The position numbers and the translations under genes were made by a program. From positions 32,001 through 96,000 of IMG/VR virus record IMGVR_UViG_3300026097_001200: 64,000 nucleotides of DNA; one strand, 5' to 3'. The stretch is from a virus. Under the pieces are notes generated by a model that was not told the origin of the DNA, did not search any database, and was given only the letters and a program-made list of their open reading frames with translations. Numbering within the stretch: position 1 is the first letter of the stretch; each line of letters begins with the position of its first letter. Below are positions 26,874 to 36,387 of this stretch, piece after piece.

Positions 26874-29309
26874 ATGCCATATATCATTAATAACACTCGC
26901 GGAGAAATTGTTGCTGTCATCCCTGACGGTACTACCGACACAGAAGCTACTAGTTTAAGCCTTGTAGGCAAAAATGTTACACCCTACGGCGAAATTGAAA
27001 CTGAAAATCTTGTAAAACATCTAGAGAATTTTGCTGACACTAACAGCCCAGAAAATCCACTAGAAGGACAAATTTGGTACGACACTTCAGAAGGCTATAT
27101 CAAAACCTACACAGGTGTTCAATGGAAAAATGTCAGCGGATTATATGTAAGTTCTACCGCGCCGAGTGTTGAGCCAAAAGTAGGCGAGTTATGGCTTGAC
27201 ACTGTTAACTTTCAAGTAAAGGTATATGCAGAAACAGACAGAGGACTAGAGTGGATTACCAACAACCGGGTGCCGTTCGTGACCAGCGCACCTGACGCAG
27301 GGCTAGCCGGAGACTTTTACTTTAACGAAACATCGCAACAGCTTTTTATCAGCGACGGTGCCAGTTGGAGTCTTATTGGTCCGCCGGCTGCCACTGGTTT
27401 TCCAGGCACACTGTGGGAGAGTGCTAGTCTAAGAGATCTCAACGGTGATCCCGAGCCGGTTATTCTTGGCAAGGTTAATAACATTGTTGTAGCTGTGGCT
27501 GCCAAAAGAGACTTTATAATTCTACCAGATGATCGTCCCACAGGATTTACGGAATTGGTAAAAGGCATGACCTATGCCAGTGATGCTAGCATACTGGGCA
27601 CACTAGAGCACGGTCTCACTCCTGGCAGTTATATATCCGGCAACGTGTACAATGCCAACAGTGCACAAACTTGGAACATCAATGCAAGTACCAGTAGTGT
27701 AGCAAACACTGTGGTAGCTAGAGACAGCGCAGGAAGTTTCAGTGCAAACATTATTACAGGTAACCTTGCTGGCATTGCCAACAATGTGAACGGAATTGTT
27801 GCTGTTACAAACGGCGGAACAGGCGAAACAGTGTACGGCAACGGACAGTTACTGATCGGCGACGATGGCGGTCTTAGCAAAGGTACCATATCAGGGTCCG
27901 GCTCAATCACAGTAACAAACACCGCTGGTGCTATCTCTATTGGGTACAGTGGAGGTACAGGCAACGGCACTGTGAGCAGTGTGGGTATTAGTGCAGGGCC
28001 AGGCATTTCAGTGTCAGACTCGCCAGTTACTGGATCAGGCAACATCACTGTGAACAATACTGGAGTACTTGCTGTGTCGGCAGGCTCTGGCATTGATGTG
28101 TCCGAAAGCGGCGGTACTGTTACAATCAGTGCCACTGGCAGTGGAGTAACCAGTATTAATGCTGGGTCAGGCATAAGTGTATCACAGAGTACTGGCGACG
28201 TTACTATCAGTGCCACTGGAGGCGGTGGCGGTGGCGACGGTGACATGGTGCTAGCAGATGAACAGACTGTCACAGGACGCAAGACATTTACCGGTTATGA
28301 CAATATTGTAGCAGGTGCATATAGGTTTACCTATCCAGAGGACAATGGGTTTTGGTATGACACCAACAATGGCAACGCTTATATTGCAGTAGCATTTGAA
28401 AACGATACTTCAAGTATTAGATTTTACCGTGATGCTTTTCACACCGACGGGGACTCAGACCTTGGACCGCCTCCTGCACGTGGTAGTATTATCACTGCAG
28501 CAGATTTAGGGCCGGCTGTAAAAGGAGGATCTGCTATTCTTGGTGTTACCCACGCCAGTACGCCAGGATTTGGGGTAGGACTTCGCGGACAGGCAGTGAA
28601 TGCTAATTTTACAGGATGCATGGTACAAAGCGAAATCGGTGCTTTAAAAGGCAAACCATACTTGCATTTCCGCGGTTATAGTGATGCATTTAGTCCGACT
28701 GTAGATGCTGTGTTCACAGTGGACAGCGGCGGTAATGTACGTTTCGACGGTGTTGCAGCTACACCAGCAGGAGACTATGCAGAATTTTTCGAATGGTCTG
28801 ATGGTAACCCTGAAAACCAAGACAGAACGGGCATGTCAGTGGTACTGGAAGGCAACAAGGTTCGCATTGCACAGTCAGACGAAACTCCTGTTGGCATAGT
28901 AAGTGCTGTTCCAGGAGTGCTAGGCGACGCACCAGAACACAGTTGGCAAGGAAAATATCTCAAAGACGACTTTGGACGTCCTGTAATGCAGGAATATACA
29001 ATATATTCTTGGAAGGAAACAGTCAACGGTAGAACACTAGAGCAAACAGCAACCAGTTTAGATGATGTTGAAATTCCCGAAGATGCCGTAGCAACCACGC
29101 ACGACGAAGACGGACGTCCATTCAAGACACCAATGGTAAATCCCGACTACGATCCAGAAGCAGAATACAACCCCCGCAGTGAAAGACCAGAGTGGGCACC
29201 GATTGGCTTGCTGGGCAAATTAAGAATACTCAAGGATCAACCCGTGAACCCTCGCTGGATATACATGCGCAACATCAGTGACACTGTTGCAGAATATCTT
29301 TTGATATAG
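26874..29309 (+). CDS. tail fibre/spike with C-terminal intramolecular chaperone (peptidase G2-like)
   Basis: N-terminal GKN..YGE...ENFA...P.EGQIWYD; Gly/Ser/Thr beta repeats; C-terminal DYAEFFEWSDGNP...PRSERPEW..IGLLGK; TAAATA and AGGAG upstream. Confidence 0.85.
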   Translation: MPYIINNTRGEIVAVIPDGTTDTEATSLSLVGKNVTPYGEIETENLVKHLENFADTNSPENPLEGQIWYDTSEGYIKTYTGVQWKNVSGLYVSSTAPSVEPKVGELWLDTVNFQVKVYAETDRGLEWITNNRVPFVTSAPDAGLAGDFYFNETSQQLFISDGASWSLIGPPAATGFPGTLWESASLRDLNGDPEPVILGKVNNIVVAVAAKRDFIILPDDRPTGFTELVKGMTYASDASILGTLEHGLTPGSYISGNVYNANSAQTWNINASTSSVANTVVARDSAGSFSANIITGNLAGIANNVNGIVAVTNGGTGETVYGNGQLLIGDDGGLSKGTISGSGSITVTNTAGAISIGYSGGTGNGTVSSVGISAGPGISVSDSPVTGSGNITVNNTGVLAVSAGSGIDVSESGGTVTISATGSGVTSINAGSGISVSQSTGDVTISATGGGGGGDGDMVLADEQTVTGRKTFTGYDNIVAGAYRFTYPEDNGFWYDTNNGNAYIAVAFENDTSSIRFYRDAFHTDGDSDLGPPPARGSIITAADLGPAVKGGSAILGVTHASTPGFGVGLRGQAVNANFTGCMVQSEIGALKGKPYLHFRGYSDAFSPTVDAVFTVDSGGNVRFDGVAATPAGDYAEFFEWSDGNPENQDRTGMSVVLEGNKVRIAQSDETPVGIVSAVPGVLGDAPEHSWQGKYLKDDFGRPVMQEYTIYSWKETVNGRTLEQTATSLDDVEIPEDAVATTHDEDGRPFKTPMVNPDYDPEAEYNPRSERPEWAPIGLLGKLRILKDQPVNPRWIYMRNISDTVAEYLLI

Positions 29310-29310
29310 G

Positions 29311-29339
29311 TTGACACGTCGGGCGTAATCAACTATTAT
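29311..29339 (+). promoter_or_regulatory. sigma70-type early promoter
   Basis: TTGACA-17 bp-TATTAT. Confidence 0.85.
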
Positions 29340-29371
29340 AATAAAACATTCACTAAAAAAGGATACGCCCT

Positions 29372-30472
29372 ATGTCCACTTCTACAGAACATCGCAGTGT
29401 TACCTCTGTAGGTGCACGTAAACTTATTAAAAAATGCTTTGCTAAAAAACGTCCAATCTTTCTCTGGGGTCCTCCAGGAATTGGCAAATCTGAACTTGTC
29501 GAAGGCATTGCCAAAGAATCAAATGGTCTACTATTAGACCTACGGTTAGGGTTAATGGACCCAACAGATGTACGTGGCATGCCCTATTACAACAAAGAAT
29601 CAGGTAAAATGGAGTGGGCTCCTCCTATTGACCTTCCAACTGAAGAACTTGCTAGTCAATATCCAGTGGTAGTGCTGTTCCTTGACGAGATGAACGTTGC
29701 GGCACCTAGTGTGCAAGCCGCGGCATATCAGTTGATTCTCAATCGTCGAATTGGACAGTATACGCTGCCAGACAATGTTGTAGTAGTTGCCGCAGGTAAC
29801 CGTGAAAGCGATAAAGGTGTTACATATCGCATGCCCACTCCGCTTGCCAACCGTTTTGTACACGTTGAAATGCGTGTGGATTATACCAGCTGGTTAGACT
29901 GGGCCACTGAGAAGGCTATTCACAAAGATGTTATTGGTTATATTTCGTTTGCCAAGCAGGATCTCTACGACTTTGATGCAAAAGCCGCTAGTAGAGCATT
30001 TGCTACACCACGGTCTTGGACCTTTGTAAGCGAGCTAATCGAAGACAACGATTTAGACGAGCAAAGCCTAACTGATCTTATTGCAGGCACGGTAGGCGAA
30101 GGACTTGCAGTCAAGTTCATGGCGCACCGTAAGGTTGCAAGTCAAATGCCTAACCCAACTGACATTCTAGCTGGTAAAGTTAAAAACCTGGAAATCAACG
30201 AAATTTCCGCAATGTACAGTTTGGTTATTGCCATGTGTTACGAACTGCGCGAGTCGCTCGACAACGACAAAGTTAACGATAAGCAGTTCCACAAGATGGC
30301 AGATCTTTTCTTCCGCTTTATGATGGATAACTTTGAAACTGAGTTGGTTGTAATGGGTGCACGAACTGCTCTCAACAACTATCAGTTGCCTGTTCAGCCC
30401 ACCAAGCTTAAAAACTTTGACGAGTTTCACGAGCGTTACGGCAAATACATTTTAGCCGCTAACGAATCGTAA
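29372..30472 (+). CDS. MoxR-like AAA+ ATPase
   Basis: GPPGIGKS, LFLDE, AAGN, LANRF, TPRSW. Confidence 0.9.
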   Translation: MSTSTEHRSVTSVGARKLIKKCFAKKRPIFLWGPPGIGKSELVEGIAKESNGLLLDLRLGLMDPTDVRGMPYYNKESGKMEWAPPIDLPTEELASQYPVVVLFLDEMNVAAPSVQAAAYQLILNRRIGQYTLPDNVVVVAAGNRESDKGVTYRMPTPLANRFVHVEMRVDYTSWLDWATEKAIHKDVIGYISFAKQDLYDFDAKAASRAFATPRSWTFVSELIEDNDLDEQSLTDLIAGTVGEGLAVKFMAHRKVASQMPNPTDILAGKVKNLEINEISAMYSLVIAMCYELRESLDNDKVNDKQFHKMADLFFRFMMDNFETELVVMGARTALNNYQLPVQPTKLKNFDEFHERYGKYILAANES

Positions 30473-30478
30473 CCAGGT

Positions 30479-30533
30479 CAGGGCCGGTCTGTTAAATAAC
30501 ATAGGGCGAATGTTAGACCGGCCCTGTTTTTTT
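30479..30533 (+). terminator. intrinsic terminator-like hairpin with long structured loop
   Basis: CAGGGCCGGTCT/AGACCGGCCCTG 12-bp stem followed by T7. Confidence 0.7.
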
Positions 30534-30543
30534 GGAATAAACA

Positions 30544-31671
30544 ATGATTTACGACATACCGCAAGATTTTGTTGGGACATACGATACCACACAAATAGAC
30601 TTTTCTGCTTGGGCACTAAAAACAATTCAGAAAAAATGGCCTCATGTAACTGATCTATCTACTATCCATGAAGTTTTATCTGTTAAAGAAATTGCACAAG
30701 TAACCAGATATGTACAAGACGAGACTAGTAAATGCACAGAATTTATGTCTATGCTGGATCAATTCTTCGCTGATAATGTTTCTCCTTTACTAGACAACAA
30801 TGACTATCTTGTACAACGCCAGCCTAATCTTAGATTGGTCATTCCGGATCAAGAAATACACGGACAACGCATTAATTTTCACTGCGATGCTATAGTAGGT
30901 GGCGGAAGAGGCAGCATGACTGCATGGATTCCTATCACTGATGCATACGACACCAATTCTCTGTGGATAGCAGACGTAGATATAAGCAGAGAATTGGTTA
31001 CAAATTTTATACAAAAGCAATGGACTGCTGAGAAATTTGATAGTGAATGTTTAAAAGCGGCAAAAAATATTTCGCTACAACCTGGAAAATTTTTATTGTT
31101 TGATCAAGAAAGAGTGCATGGATCTATCAATAACACTACCAATAAAACTCGTCTTAGTTTTGATGCTAGGTTTCTAGTTAAGGGGCAAGAAACTTATAAA
31201 AGAATACCTGGTGGTTATTTTCGTTTACCTGAGGATTATAAAAGAGATCAAACCACTTTACAGGATTATAACCTGCTGGTATATCTTAATCGCAACACTG
31301 AATTTACAAAACACATACCGTTTAACATGCAAAGAGCATTTATAGACTCTTATTCCAGAAAGAAAAATTTATCAAATGTAAGTGTAGATTTTTTGCCACA
31401 ACAGATACACGAAGGAATGTTTTTGCACTGGCTTCCGGGTTTAGAGAATTTTATTCCGTTAAAATTTGATGGAATAATGATGTTGAGTATTTTTGCACTG
31501 CCTGATGACAAGACTCGTAGAGAATTTTTATGTAATCTTGCTGTACAACACAATAAGAAATTATTTTTTGCCAACGAAGAATTATGCATCGAAACAGCAG
31601 AAGATATTGAAAAAATCAATGAATATTATGAATACGCAGTATGGCAAGATGGAGATTTTCCCTGGGAATGA
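30544..31671 (+). CDS. 2OG-Fe(II) oxygenase (PhyH/StrG-like) fused to a C-terminal carbohydrate-cluster-type domain
   Basis: FHCD...WIP.T...HG...N.T..TRLSFD.RF; C-terminal DGIMMLSIFALP...R...FFANE. Confidence 0.7.
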   Translation: MIYDIPQDFVGTYDTTQIDFSAWALKTIQKKWPHVTDLSTIHEVLSVKEIAQVTRYVQDETSKCTEFMSMLDQFFADNVSPLLDNNDYLVQRQPNLRLVIPDQEIHGQRINFHCDAIVGGGRGSMTAWIPITDAYDTNSLWIADVDISRELVTNFIQKQWTAEKFDSECLKAAKNISLQPGKFLLFDQERVHGSINNTTNKTRLSFDARFLVKGQETYKRIPGGYFRLPEDYKRDQTTLQDYNLLVYLNRNTEFTKHIPFNMQRAFIDSYSRKKNLSNVSVDFLPQQIHEGMFLHWLPGLENFIPLKFDGIMMLSIFALPDDKTRREFLCNLAVQHNKKLFFANEELCIETAEDIEKINEYYEYAVWQDGDFPWE

Positions 31672-31931
31672 TACTTAATAGTCAAGTAATACACGTTCCC
31701 AAAGAATGGCAAGACTCTTCATTGCCTGCTGTTGAACGTTATTACAACAACAGTGATGATTTATTAAAACAAAATCTTTGGAAAATACGACAAGAGTTTG
31801 GCACCAAAGGCCAACGTTGGTGGTGGAAAACTGTTTTTGTAACCAACGATGAAACAAAGACTTTAGAATGGCATGTAAGGTATATCTTTAAGTGCGCACA
31901 TGATGCTGTGTTATTTCAGCTTAAATATTAA
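31668..31931 (+). CDS. hypothetical protein
   Basis: ATGA-coupled start 31668; ends DAVLFQLKY. Confidence 0.55.
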   Translation: MILNSQVIHVPKEWQDSSLPAVERYYNNSDDLLKQNLWKIRQEFGTKGQRWWWKTVFVTNDETKTLEWHVRYIFKCAHDAVLFQLKY

Positions 31932-31953
31932 ACAATATTTAAGAACTATAACA

Positions 31954-32310
31954 ATGAAGTACACTGTGCAACGTCTTGACAAAAGATTCAACTATTTTGA
32001 GTGGTTTAAGTATCATATCAGCTTCAGTGCCCGCATCACTGTGAGTCAAGGACCTTTACATTTTATTGAATCGCAACAATGGTTTACAAACACATATGGA
32101 TTCAGTGCTGAAATACGCATATGGCAGGAGATAAAAACTCACTACGCAATGCGCAATCAATTCAATCTCACATCTGGGCCAGGCGATTTTAGCGACAATT
32201 TACCTTTTGCTGTAAATCCTCACTGGAGTTGGAGTAATGCTTATCGTGATTTACGAATTTATATCGCCGATGATCAAGAACTCAGTTTGTTCAAACTAGC
32301 AATAGGTTGA
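31954..32310 (+). CDS. hypothetical protein
   Basis: ATG 31954; ends ELSLFKL. Confidence 0.6.
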   Translation: MKYTVQRLDKRFNYFEWFKYHISFSARITVSQGPLHFIESQQWFTNTYGFSAEIRIWQEIKTHYAMRNQFNLTSGPGDFSDNLPFAVNPHWSWSNAYRDLRIYIADDQELSLFKLAIG

Positions 32311-32335
32311 CAGCATAACCAAAATCAACTATACT
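32307..32335 (+). promoter_or_regulatory. sigma70-type early promoter
   Basis: TTGACA-17 bp-TATACT. Confidence 0.85.
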
Positions 32336-32361
32336 ATATACATAGAAAGTGAGGAGCATGC

Positions 32362-33627
32362 ATGTCTACTACAGCCACAAAAGACAAAAACAAACTTGCC
32401 GATCTCGTTGGTCCCACTGACCCAGATTTAGATAGAGAAGTTCGAGAAATTCTTGTTGGCGCACGTATTGGCATGCTGTTACGTGCCAGCTTCTTTGGCA
32501 ATCTTGCCACTCGACTCAAGCTAGTAAACGCCGACGAGTGGTGTCCTACTGCGGCAACAGACGGACGGCATTTTTATTACAACACTAGATTTATCAAGAT
32601 GCTGAAGCCGCGAGAAGTCGAGTTTCTTTTTGGACATGAAGTATTGCATGTGGTCTATGATCACTTAGAGCGCACAGGCGATCGCGACAGAATGCTGAGC
32701 AATATTGCACAGGACTATTGTGTAAACAGCGACCTAAAGAAACACGGTGTAGGCGAGTTTATTACCACTGTGGAATGTTTGTATGACAGCAAGTACGAAG
32801 ACTGGAGTTTTGAACAGGTCTACGATGATTTGCTAGAAAATGCAGACGAATCAGCAACACAAAAAATGCTAGATAAAGTGTTAGACGAACACTTGGAAGA
32901 CATCTTAGATGGCGCAGGCTCTGGACAAGACACCAATGACGAAGGTAAACCTGGACCGGTGAAACTCACAGATGAAGAACGTCAGCAGATCAAAGATGAG
33001 ATCAAAGAAGCAATGATCAGTGCAGCGCAAACTGCCAAAGCTAGCGATATCCCTGGCAACGTTCAACGCATGATTCAGAATCTCACTGAACCTAAGATGA
33101 ACTGGCGAGATCTTTTGCAACAGCAGTTGCAAAGCACCATTAAAAATGATTATACATTTTCACGTACAAGTCGTCGCAGTTGGCACATGGATGCTATTTT
33201 ACCCGGTATGGATACCACAGATGCTATCGATATTGCTGTAGCAATTGATATGAGTGGTAGTATCTCCGAAGAGCAAGGACGCGACTTCTTGAGTGAAGTG
33301 CAGGGTATTATGGATACGTTTACTGATTATCGTATTCACTTGTTTACGTTTGACACACAGGTTTACAATCCACAGGACTTTAACAGCGATAACATATCAG
33401 ACATAACCGAATATCAATGTCAAGGTTGGGGCGGTACTAGTTTCGAATGCATCTTTGACTATCTCAAAGAAGCAGACATTGAACCCAAGAAACTGGTTAC
33501 ATTTACAGACGGTTATCCGTTTGGCAGTTGGGGTGATCCAGACTATTGCGATACTGTTTGGATTATTCACAGCAACGATGATCCAAATCCTCCATTTGGT
33601 ACCTGGGCCAAATACGAATCACAGTAA
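32362..33627 (+). CDS. HExxH metallopeptidase plus VWA domain protein (DUF2201-like), MoxR partner
   Basis: TAATDG, HEVLH, DMSGS MIDAS, GGTSF, FTDG. Confidence 0.88.
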   Translation: MSTTATKDKNKLADLVGPTDPDLDREVREILVGARIGMLLRASFFGNLATRLKLVNADEWCPTAATDGRHFYYNTRFIKMLKPREVEFLFGHEVLHVVYDHLERTGDRDRMLSNIAQDYCVNSDLKKHGVGEFITTVECLYDSKYEDWSFEQVYDDLLENADESATQKMLDKVLDEHLEDILDGAGSGQDTNDEGKPGPVKLTDEERQQIKDEIKEAMISAAQTAKASDIPGNVQRMIQNLTEPKMNWRDLLQQQLQSTIKNDYTFSRTSRRSWHMDAILPGMDTTDAIDIAVAIDMSGSISEEQGRDFLSEVQGIMDTFTDYRIHLFTFDTQVYNPQDFNSDNISDITEYQCQGWGGTSFECIFDYLKEADIEPKKLVTFTDGYPFGSWGDPDYCDTVWIIHSNDDPNPPFGTWAKYESQ

Positions 33628-33668
33628 AAAAATACAATACGGGCATACAGGCGGTTAAATAACAAACT

Positions 33669-33917
33669 ATGGAAAACACTGAATCAGAAATCAATCTAAA
33701 AGTCGAAGATCTTGCAGTAATCAAGAGTATTATTGAAGTAGTAAGCCAACGTGGAGCAATCCAGCCTGACGAAATGTCAACAGTTGGTGTTGTCTACGAC
33801 AAGCTTAATATATTCTTGTCATCGCTTGCATCAGACCCACAAGCAGAAGTGTCCAGGGAACAACCCGAAGCTGAAAAACCAGTTACACGTTCTGCTAAAA
33901 AAACACCCAAGGAGTAA
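33669..33917 (+). CDS. hypothetical phage protein
   Basis: TAAATA 7 nt upstream; RGAI..DEM..VG..Y.KL. Confidence 0.7.
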   Translation: MENTESEINLKVEDLAVIKSIIEVVSQRGAIQPDEMSTVGVVYDKLNIFLSSLASDPQAEVSREQPEAEKPVTRSAKKTPKE

Positions 33918-33920
33918 AAC

Positions 33921-34562
33921 ATGTTTGTAAAACACATCGGTAAACACGGTGACCGAAAGGTTGCGGTGGTGTTTCGTAAAGTGCCAAATGAAGATCACAT
34001 GGCATTAGTATGTTACACAGAAACATTAAAAACAGAAATGCAAGACGCTCTCATGCGAGCCGTAGAAAGTGAGCCAGGGCAACAAGCACTTGACCTGGGC
34101 GAAGCACTGCAACGAGCAATGAGTCCAGATGGACGCCCAATTCTAGAAGTATTGCATGTAGAAGGCAAAATCAAAAAAGTGTCCTGTAACCAAGTAATCA
34201 TGACACCAAGTCCTAACAACACTGTTAGATTAGATGAGCTTAATACTATTCTGGATCAACTTGAGCAAGGTGGCGAAGCAGTACAAAAGCTTGCTGAAAT
34301 TGATCAAAACAGCGGACTGGTTGATCCAAGTGCACAGCGCAGAGCACAGGAAATTATAGGAGCCGCAAACAACACACTGAATCCAAACGATGGATTATCT
34401 GATGAAGCACTTGCCGAAAACTTTGAGAGTCAAGCGGCAAAAATGGAAGCAGAAGCAAAAGGTCTACTAGAGGAAGCCAAACGACTAAAAGGCGAAGCCA
34501 AGGCACTAAAGCCAAAGCGCACTACCACTAGAAAGAAAAAGACCGCAGATGTATCTCAGTGA
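33921..34562 (+). CDS. conserved hypothetical phage protein with coiled-coil C-terminus
   Basis: AAGGAG RBS; 213 aa. Confidence 0.75.
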   Translation: MFVKHIGKHGDRKVAVVFRKVPNEDHMALVCYTETLKTEMQDALMRAVESEPGQQALDLGEALQRAMSPDGRPILEVLHVEGKIKKVSCNQVIMTPSPNNTVRLDELNTILDQLEQGGEAVQKLAEIDQNSGLVDPSAQRRAQEIIGAANNTLNPNDGLSDEALAENFESQAAKMEAEAKGLLEEAKRLKGEAKALKPKRTTTRKKKTADVSQ

Positions 34563-34851
34563 TGACTTCATTGAACGATGGGAAAGTTTGATTCAAGAAA
34601 TTGAAGTCACAACTATTCCCATTGAATGTATTGCTAAAATTCTACTCAAGCTGGAAGGTCGTCGACAAAAGACTATTAATGTAACAAAATTAGTCAAAGA
34701 CGGCTTGAGCTACGAGGATGTCGAAGATTATGTCAACACCACAATGATCGAACTCGATGACGAGATAACTAGCATGAAGTTTACTCTCAATGTTGAACGT
34801 GTTGCAGAAATGGTTCAACCTTTAACAGATAAATTATTAGAAAAATTATGA
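34549..34851 (+). CDS. hypothetical protein
   Basis: Coupled ORF. Confidence 0.7.
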   Translation: MYLSDDFIERWESLIQEIEVTTIPIECIAKILLKLEGRRQKTINVTKLVKDGLSYEDVEDYVNTTMIELDDEITSMKFTLNVERVAEMVQPLTDKLLEKL

Positions 34852-35537
34852 ATGTAAAACTTGTAAGTTACAGTCAGCCAAGCTCTGGCTTTTTAAATGA
34901 AGGACTAGAAGATGTTCAGGATCTTATTGCATTTGCGGCAAGAGTATCTAACCCATCAAATCAACTTAATACTGAGACCTCTGAGCGGTTACTCAACTAC
35001 CTTGCAAAGCATAAACACTGGAGCCCATTTGAAATGGTATCTGCTTGCCTAGAGATTGAAACCACTCGCGACATTGCAAGACAGATCCTACGTCATCGAT
35101 CGTTTTCATTCCAAGAGTTTAGTCAGCGTTATGCTGATCCGACAAAAGACCTTGCATTTGAAATACGAGAAGCAAGATTGCAGGATAAGCAAAATCGTCA
35201 AAATTCAATTGAATTAGACGAGGACAGTCGGTATGATACTGAATTGAAAACAGAATGGGCATTGGCTCAAGAACGTGTTATCATTGAATCTAGAAAAGCA
35301 TACACCTGGGCCATCGAAAACGGCATTGCAAAAGAACAAGCTAGGGCAGTATTGCCAGAAGGGTTAACTGTGAGTCGCATGTACATGAATGGCACGATTC
35401 GTAGTTGGATTCACTATATTGAATTACGTGGAGACAACGGCACACAAAAAGAACACATGGAAATTGCCCGTGCTGTTGCAAAAGTAATTGCAGATATTTT
35501 TCCTTTAAGTTCACAGTATGTTGACTCCTCTATATAA
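34848..35537 (+). CDS. thyX: FAD-dependent thymidylate synthase
   Basis: HWSPFE, RHRSFSFQEFSQRY, EQARAVLP. Confidence 0.97.
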   Translation: MNVKLVSYSQPSSGFLNEGLEDVQDLIAFAARVSNPSNQLNTETSERLLNYLAKHKHWSPFEMVSACLEIETTRDIARQILRHRSFSFQEFSQRYADPTKDLAFEIREARLQDKQNRQNSIELDEDSRYDTELKTEWALAQERVIIESRKAYTWAIENGIAKEQARAVLPEGLTVSRMYMNGTIRSWIHYIELRGDNGTQKEHMEIARAVAKVIADIFPLSSQYVDSSI

Positions 35538-36387
35538 CAAAAAACCTGACAGAATATTTGCGTTTGGGTGTAGTTTCACAAGTTACAAATGGTCAATGTG
35601 GCCAGAGATTATTCATTATGCCACTGGCATTCCTACATATAACTACGGTCGTATGGGAGCAACCAATCACTATATTGTGAATCAAATAGTGCTTGCAAAC
35701 AAGCTGCATAAATTTTCCAGTAATGATCTTGTGATTGTGGTCTGGACTGAGCCAAACAGACACGAAAACCTGCATAATCACAGCGGAAAATCTTTCTTAA
35801 AGTGGGAAAGATACCCTAGCATAGAAATTTTAGATTATGCGATAGGAAAAATGATTAATCAACTTAACGACGTTGCAACAACAATGTCGTATCTCGATGC
35901 TACAAGAGCACAGGTTCATTACTCTTCATTGAATGATTTCAGAGTAGGTCCTGAAATAGGTAAGTTCCCGGAAAGATCAACCATACTCAAGGTTTATGAC
36001 AGTGAGGGTGACAGGTTTTTACCGTCGTTTAACAATATTGTAAACTTTGATGTACGCGAAAGAGAATTAGAGCTAAAACAAGTATTCAAAGGAAAATTTT
36101 TCGATTTGCATCCTTTTCCTAATCAATCTTTACGTTGGCTTACAACTTTATTTGACTATGACTTTTCGGCAGTTGAACGTCGAGTGCACGATCATGAGCA
36201 GGAAATCATTGACAGTATCAGGAAAGTGGTACTAGATCCAGGTTATAGTCCTGGTCCAGAATTTCCTGGAATAAATCCTAAGGAATTACCCGACTCAGTG
36301 TTCTTATGCCCAAAAATTAATGCGTACCACAATGATATTAGTTGGCATACGATTCTTCGTAACGGCGGCTTACCCACTCCCAACTAA
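35518..36387 (+). CDS. SGNH-like protein
   Basis: FAFGCSFT, GATN, VWTEPNR, DLHP. Confidence 0.65.
   Translation: MLTPLYNKKPDRIFAFGCSFTSYKWSMWPEIIHYATGIPTYNYGRMGATNHYIVNQIVLANKLHKFSSNDLVIVVWTEPNRHENLHNHSGKSFLKWERYPSIEILDYAIGKMINQLNDVATTMSYLDATRAQVHYSSLNDFRVGPEIGKFPERSTILKVYDSEGDRFLPSFNNIVNFDVRERELELKQVFKGKFFDLHPFPNQSLRWLTTLFDYDFSAVERRVHDHEQEIIDSIRKVVLDPGYSPGPEFPGINPKELPDSVFLCPKINAYHNDISWHTILRNGGLPTPN

Noticed and set aside
27317-29125. Long antisense ORFs within the tail fibre (e.g. 27629-28282)
   Set aside because: Expected stop-poor shadows of Gly/Ser/Thr codons; the same applies to most short nested ORFs in the track
34848-35537. Modified-base synthase indicating DNA hypermodification
   Set aside because: Canonical ThyX motif; no dNMP hydroxymethylase, queuosine-pathway or TET/JBP gene recognised in the window
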